Source of the DNA: Promethearchaeum syntrophicum | Lineage (GTDB): Archaea; Asgardarchaeota; Lokiarchaeia; Sigyniarchaeales; Promethearchaeaceae | Assembly (NCBI RefSeq): GCF_008000775.2 | Contig: NZ_CP042905.2 | Span: 3,930,001 to 3,962,000, forward strand | DNA: 32,000 nt | Reading direction: 5' to 3' | Shown: in pieces, positions 29,801-32,000 of the stretch | How the letters are laid out: each line of letters starts with the position of its first letter | Numbering within the stretch: position 1 is the stretch's first letter | The notes under the pieces: generated by a model | Told to the model about the DNA's origin: nothing | The model's database searches: none | The model's input: the letters and a program-made list of their open reading frames with translations, nothing else | Program-made: the position numbers and the translations under genes

Positions 29801-29851
29801 ACCAGGAAATCAAATGTAACAAAAATCGGCGATCTACTTAGAGTCGCTTAG
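26846..29851 (+). CDS. Large FtsX/MacB-type ABC transporter permease (1001 aa, two-module)
   Basis: N-terminal 'RKTIWRNKTRTFFLTVGIIVSIMLVTGVNISSNAM'; two FtsX-like modules, 'RRREIALLKVKGGISKQLKSMFFLEALIIGLCGGALGVLGG' and 'EKSHDMGLLRARGVEKKVIYKIQIAEGFTLILLGCVFSIVGLLGG'. Confidence 0.9.
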   Translation: MIFGYLRKTIWRNKTRTFFLTVGIIVSIMLVTGVNISSNAMAQSLIQERLDEIKIDFTVVPRNTATNATELVDKLNSLEDSLDEFVFAYVGAYGLSYRSIINPYGGEIDWSFLNTSKQYEDYTNTTHFCGLKKDLFSEPRVADRFKDVIKSNDTLNFTQEGVYLDSRTAQEYGVDTGQNISIGVLSVFYDWDNGDKKYNLTAEANNITILGVFNLINRESFIEVFNPDRWGGYMGDQDIALIGNFSYIEKQAENLTNQLEDAALSYGISFNPWDLSFSRKFGVMIDHSSLNVMNINELKTQINQIENKIKITGGTLVNYVEGQLDERVIQELSFEIAIYQAIFLIISVPVIILGWFLTKTNFQLSYEKRRREIALLKVKGGISKQLKSMFFLEALIIGLCGGALGVLGGNLTSTLVLKQMFPQVLEGYSFTDVLSVILYGEFLSTSTWIIGIILALSISLLAVRKPLKEFSNLEPIEGLQKYHEISHAQLPTKKRDWIALIVSLATIVFTLVSSTLMANADFGYGFAPFLMLFVTISTVLLPLAPFLLIYALVKLLCGNIKFFQAIITKISQLWSKQISVFTSKSIIRNQVRSFRLVFIVGMALSFVVMASTIRATELNYQNQMETITTANGIRINIRSSMLNQNGTEPFIDMLWNEKSAVPFETFNYYYQLKDSGFEGSSGDSYEVWNDNGIYAGPIALGAISAENFTTEYVDMSDDWFINMTADEAMDKLRTIPNATLIPESMVQQGYEVGDIYENQIQYSLSNGTINTTTLEVVGVYNSFPIVSSGWNWNQVMIIDKDTIKDSVCYSADFMFYPESGNENEVTYEIIENVFQDFDSSLYAYNPADYLNEGSSIATSVVSFLNLESFYLLIIVTFGIAIIMYISINEKSHDMGLLRARGVEKKVIYKIQIAEGFTLILLGCVFSIVGLLGGATIALHLNTLAMDFTSSGIERHFSIPWLNLLVQLIGSLAIFITSIIIAVFIETRKSNVTKIGDLLRVA

Positions 29852-29896
29852 TTTTTTTTTATTTCATATCATTAATCTAAAACACAGTGAAAAAGA

Positions 29897-30811
29897 ATGG
29901 AAACTAAAAATAACATAAAAAAAGATACAAATTTAGACCAAAATCTAAGTTTTGAAGGCGAAGCTCAACCCAAAATTATTATTGATGATGCAATCAAAAT
30001 TTATAAACGTGGTAAGATCGAAGTTGTAGCTCTTCGAGGATTAAATTGTACATTTAATCAAGGTGAGATAACAGTTATAATGGGACCGTCAGGATGTGGA
30101 AAAACCACTTTATTGAATTTAATCGGAGGATTAGACCGTCCAAATTCCGGGAATATCATAGTTGATGGTCAAAATATTTGTCATTTATCAGATAATGAGC
30201 TTGAAAAATATCGTAGGAACAAAATTGGATTTGTTTTTCAATTTCTAAATTTAATTCCAGAATTAACGGCAGAAGAAAACATAATACTTCCTTTGGAGCT
30301 TTCAGGAACACTAACCAAAGAACGAAAAGAGTTTGTAAAAGAGTTATTAAATATTGTGGGATTGGAAGATCGGGTTGTCCATAGACCAGATGAATTATCG
30401 GGAGGAGAACAACAACGGATAAGTGTAGCAGCCGCTTTAGCTAACAACCCAGATGTTGTATTATGTGATGAACCTACGGGAGAATTAGATAGTCAATCCA
30501 AAAATGTAGTTTTTGGTTTACTTCGCTCTATAATAGAGCGATTTCCAAAAAAATCTATAATAATTGTATCTCATGATCCAGATCTAAAGCAAATTGCCGA
30601 TAAGATGTATTATATTCGAGATGGTGCAATATCACATCATTTTTCCAAAAAAGAATTGGAAGAATTAAAGCATGGGACATCAGAACAAGATGATTTTTCA
30701 AAACGAGACCCAAATCGTGCTAAAGAGGTAGCACTATTAGAATTAAGAGAACTATCGCATATAATAAATGAAAAAATTAAAAAAATCGATAAAAACCTTC
30801 ATGCACAATGA
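29897..30811 (+). CDS. ABC transporter ATP-binding protein, LolD/MacB type, with charged C-terminal extension
   Basis: Walker A 'GPSGCGKTT', signature 'LSGGEQQR', Walker B 'VVLCDEPTGELD', H-loop 'IIVSHDP'; about 50-residue charged tail after 'YYIRDGAI'. Confidence 0.96.
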   Translation: METKNNIKKDTNLDQNLSFEGEAQPKIIIDDAIKIYKRGKIEVVALRGLNCTFNQGEITVIMGPSGCGKTTLLNLIGGLDRPNSGNIIVDGQNICHLSDNELEKYRRNKIGFVFQFLNLIPELTAEENIILPLELSGTLTKERKEFVKELLNIVGLEDRVVHRPDELSGGEQQRISVAAALANNPDVVLCDEPTGELDSQSKNVVFGLLRSIIERFPKKSIIIVSHDPDLKQIADKMYYIRDGAISHHFSKKELEELKHGTSEQDDFSKRDPNRAKEVALLELRELSHIINEKIKKIDKNLHAQ

Positions 30812-30817
30812 TGAATT

Positions 30818-31390
30818 CTAAACCAAATTCTGCTTTTTTTTCTCATTATACAATTTTAATGCATTTTCCATTGAATTTAGAATTAAACTTCTTTCGTCCT
30901 CTTTTAATCCTTTAGCATATTCGGATATCTGTTCAATTATGAATGAAGCATCTTCACTTAACCGATCTAAGTGAACAAACTGCTCAATTACCTGTGCTGT
31001 TAAGAGATTTGAAAAAGTTGTACCATTTTGCTTTTTTAACATTTTCGCAACATCATAAATAGGAATCCCGAGACGAGTGTATTTATTGCGATATTCATGA
31101 AGTCCTTGAGATGTTAACTCTGCGCACACTAATTCTCGTAAATGGGGAGCTGCAATGAATTCAAGACCTAAACCTCCTAACCTTCTTAGAACATTAAGTG
31201 ATACATTTTTCGCGTCTTCCGTACCCAAATCAGTTTCTTCAATAAGAGAATCTATAATTTTCTGAGGATCGAATTTCATTAGTTCTCCACGAGTATTTTC
31301 CACAGTTTTTGGTAGAAGATCTTCAGGAGAAATTATTGATTTTTGTTTTTGCTTGTTTTGTTTGTTTGGATCAAATTTTATATTGAACAC
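30818..31390 (-). CDS. Stand-alone ATP-cone-like domain protein (anaerobic RNR N-terminus-like)
   Basis: 'TVENTRGELMKFDPQKIIDSLIEETDLGTEDAKNVSLNVLRRLGGLGLEFIAAPHLRELVCAELTSQGLHEYRNKYTRLGIPIYDVAKML' resembles ATP-cone/NrdD N-termini, but the ORF (GTG start) is only 190 aa. Confidence 0.7.
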   Translation of the reverse strand: MFNIKFDPNKQNKQKQKSIISPEDLLPKTVENTRGELMKFDPQKIIDSLIEETDLGTEDAKNVSLNVLRRLGGLGLEFIAAPHLRELVCAELTSQGLHEYRNKYTRLGIPIYDVAKMLKKQNGTTFSNLLTAQVIEQFVHLDRLSEDASFIIEQISEYAKGLKEDERSLILNSMENALKLYNEKKKQNLV

Positions 31391-31507
31391 TTCTTACACC
31401 CTATTGAATTTTATCTCCAAATGTATAAAAATTTCAGTATTGCGAGATTATCGTAATCCTACGCTTACGACCAAAATCGACTATAAAATCTGAGATCTTT
31501 TTTTATT

Positions 31508-31795
31508 TTACTCTTGAAATAAAGAAGGATCTATATTTTCTCCACACGATTCACAGTAAAATTGAATTTTCAATTTAACTAGATCAATCATCTTTTGCGG
31601 AAATTCAATTCCACAAAAAGGGCAAAAAAATTGTTTTTTGAGGGCAGGGGGAGTATCCATACGACCAATATAATTATGGGGATTAGAAATCGCAGCCACT
31701 TCTTGATCTGAATGTGCTGAGGGGGTGTTCATACGACCTATATATTCGTCGGGGGACGCTCCAGCTAATTTTTTATATTCCTTTTTTTTCGACAT
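31508..31795 (-). CDS. Small zinc-ribbon protein with tandem YIGRM(N/D)TP motif
   Basis: 95 aa. 'SPDEYIGRMNTPSAH' (residues 14-28) and 'NPHNYIGRMDTPPAL' (38-52), followed by 'FFCPFCGIEF...FYCESCGENI' zinc ribbon. Confidence 0.75.
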   Translation of the reverse strand: MSKKKEYKKLAGASPDEYIGRMNTPSAHSDQEVAAISNPHNYIGRMDTPPALKKQFFCPFCGIEFPQKMIDLVKLKIQFYCESCGENIDPSLFQE

Positions 31796-32000
31796 AAAAT
31801 CAAATCTTCAAAAGCTATAACTCAATTTAACTAATTAAATATTGTTGAGAATTTTTCCTCTTTTTTTTTTTTTTATTAAAAATTATTTGTATTGATATTG
31901 GTTGTTTTTTAAAGGGTGATATGGCTAAAATAGACCAATCTTCAGAGATTCCTACTGTTAGCATTGTTCCTTCATTTATTTTATATTTTTGAAGAATTTT

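Noticed and set aside
31923-31994. 23-codon ORF (MAKIDQSSEIPTVSIVPSFILYF) near the window end
   Set aside because: Too short and without any supporting feature.
1-32000. CRISPR arrays, rRNA and tRNA genes
   Set aside because: No regularly spaced repeats and no convincing tRNA-like T-arm/acceptor combinations seen by eye. A tRNAscan/CRISPR-finder run would be needed to exclude small or intron-containing genes.

Overview
This AT-rich, gene-dense window is most likely archaeal chromosome from an Asgard lineage, Lokiarchaeia/Promethearchaeia-like. That placement is inferred from gene content, PG[FY]P-type C-terminal sorting signals and DUF211; no rRNA is present to confirm it. Recognisable content: an ADP-forming acetyl-CoA synthetase ATP-grasp subunit (partial) next to a BioD-like/DRTGG protein, a YCII protein, a 599-aa almost entirely coiled-coil protein, a U32 peptidase, a presenilin-type intramembrane aspartyl protease with strikingly eukaryote-like motifs, a 1048-aa FN3-containing surface protein, a GH13 enzyme, a NifU/IscU-like scaffold, two FtsX/MacB-type ABC systems (one directly upstream of a predicted sorted surface protein), DUF211, an apparently intact insertion sequence, a HAD phosphatase, a CHASE-like hybrid histidine kinase, a glycerophosphodiester phosphodiesterase, a stand-alone ATP-cone protein, and a small zinc-ribbon protein with a duplicated YIGRM(N/D)TP motif. 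The IS has perfect 21-bp terminal inverted repeats and 8-bp poly-T flanks. The strongest leads are the presenilin homologue (7603-8733), the ABC/surface-protein cluster (14620-20267), the intact IS (21005-22773), the YIGRM-repeat zinc ribbon and the stand-alone ATP-cone. I found no CRISPR array, rRNA or convincing tRNA by eye.
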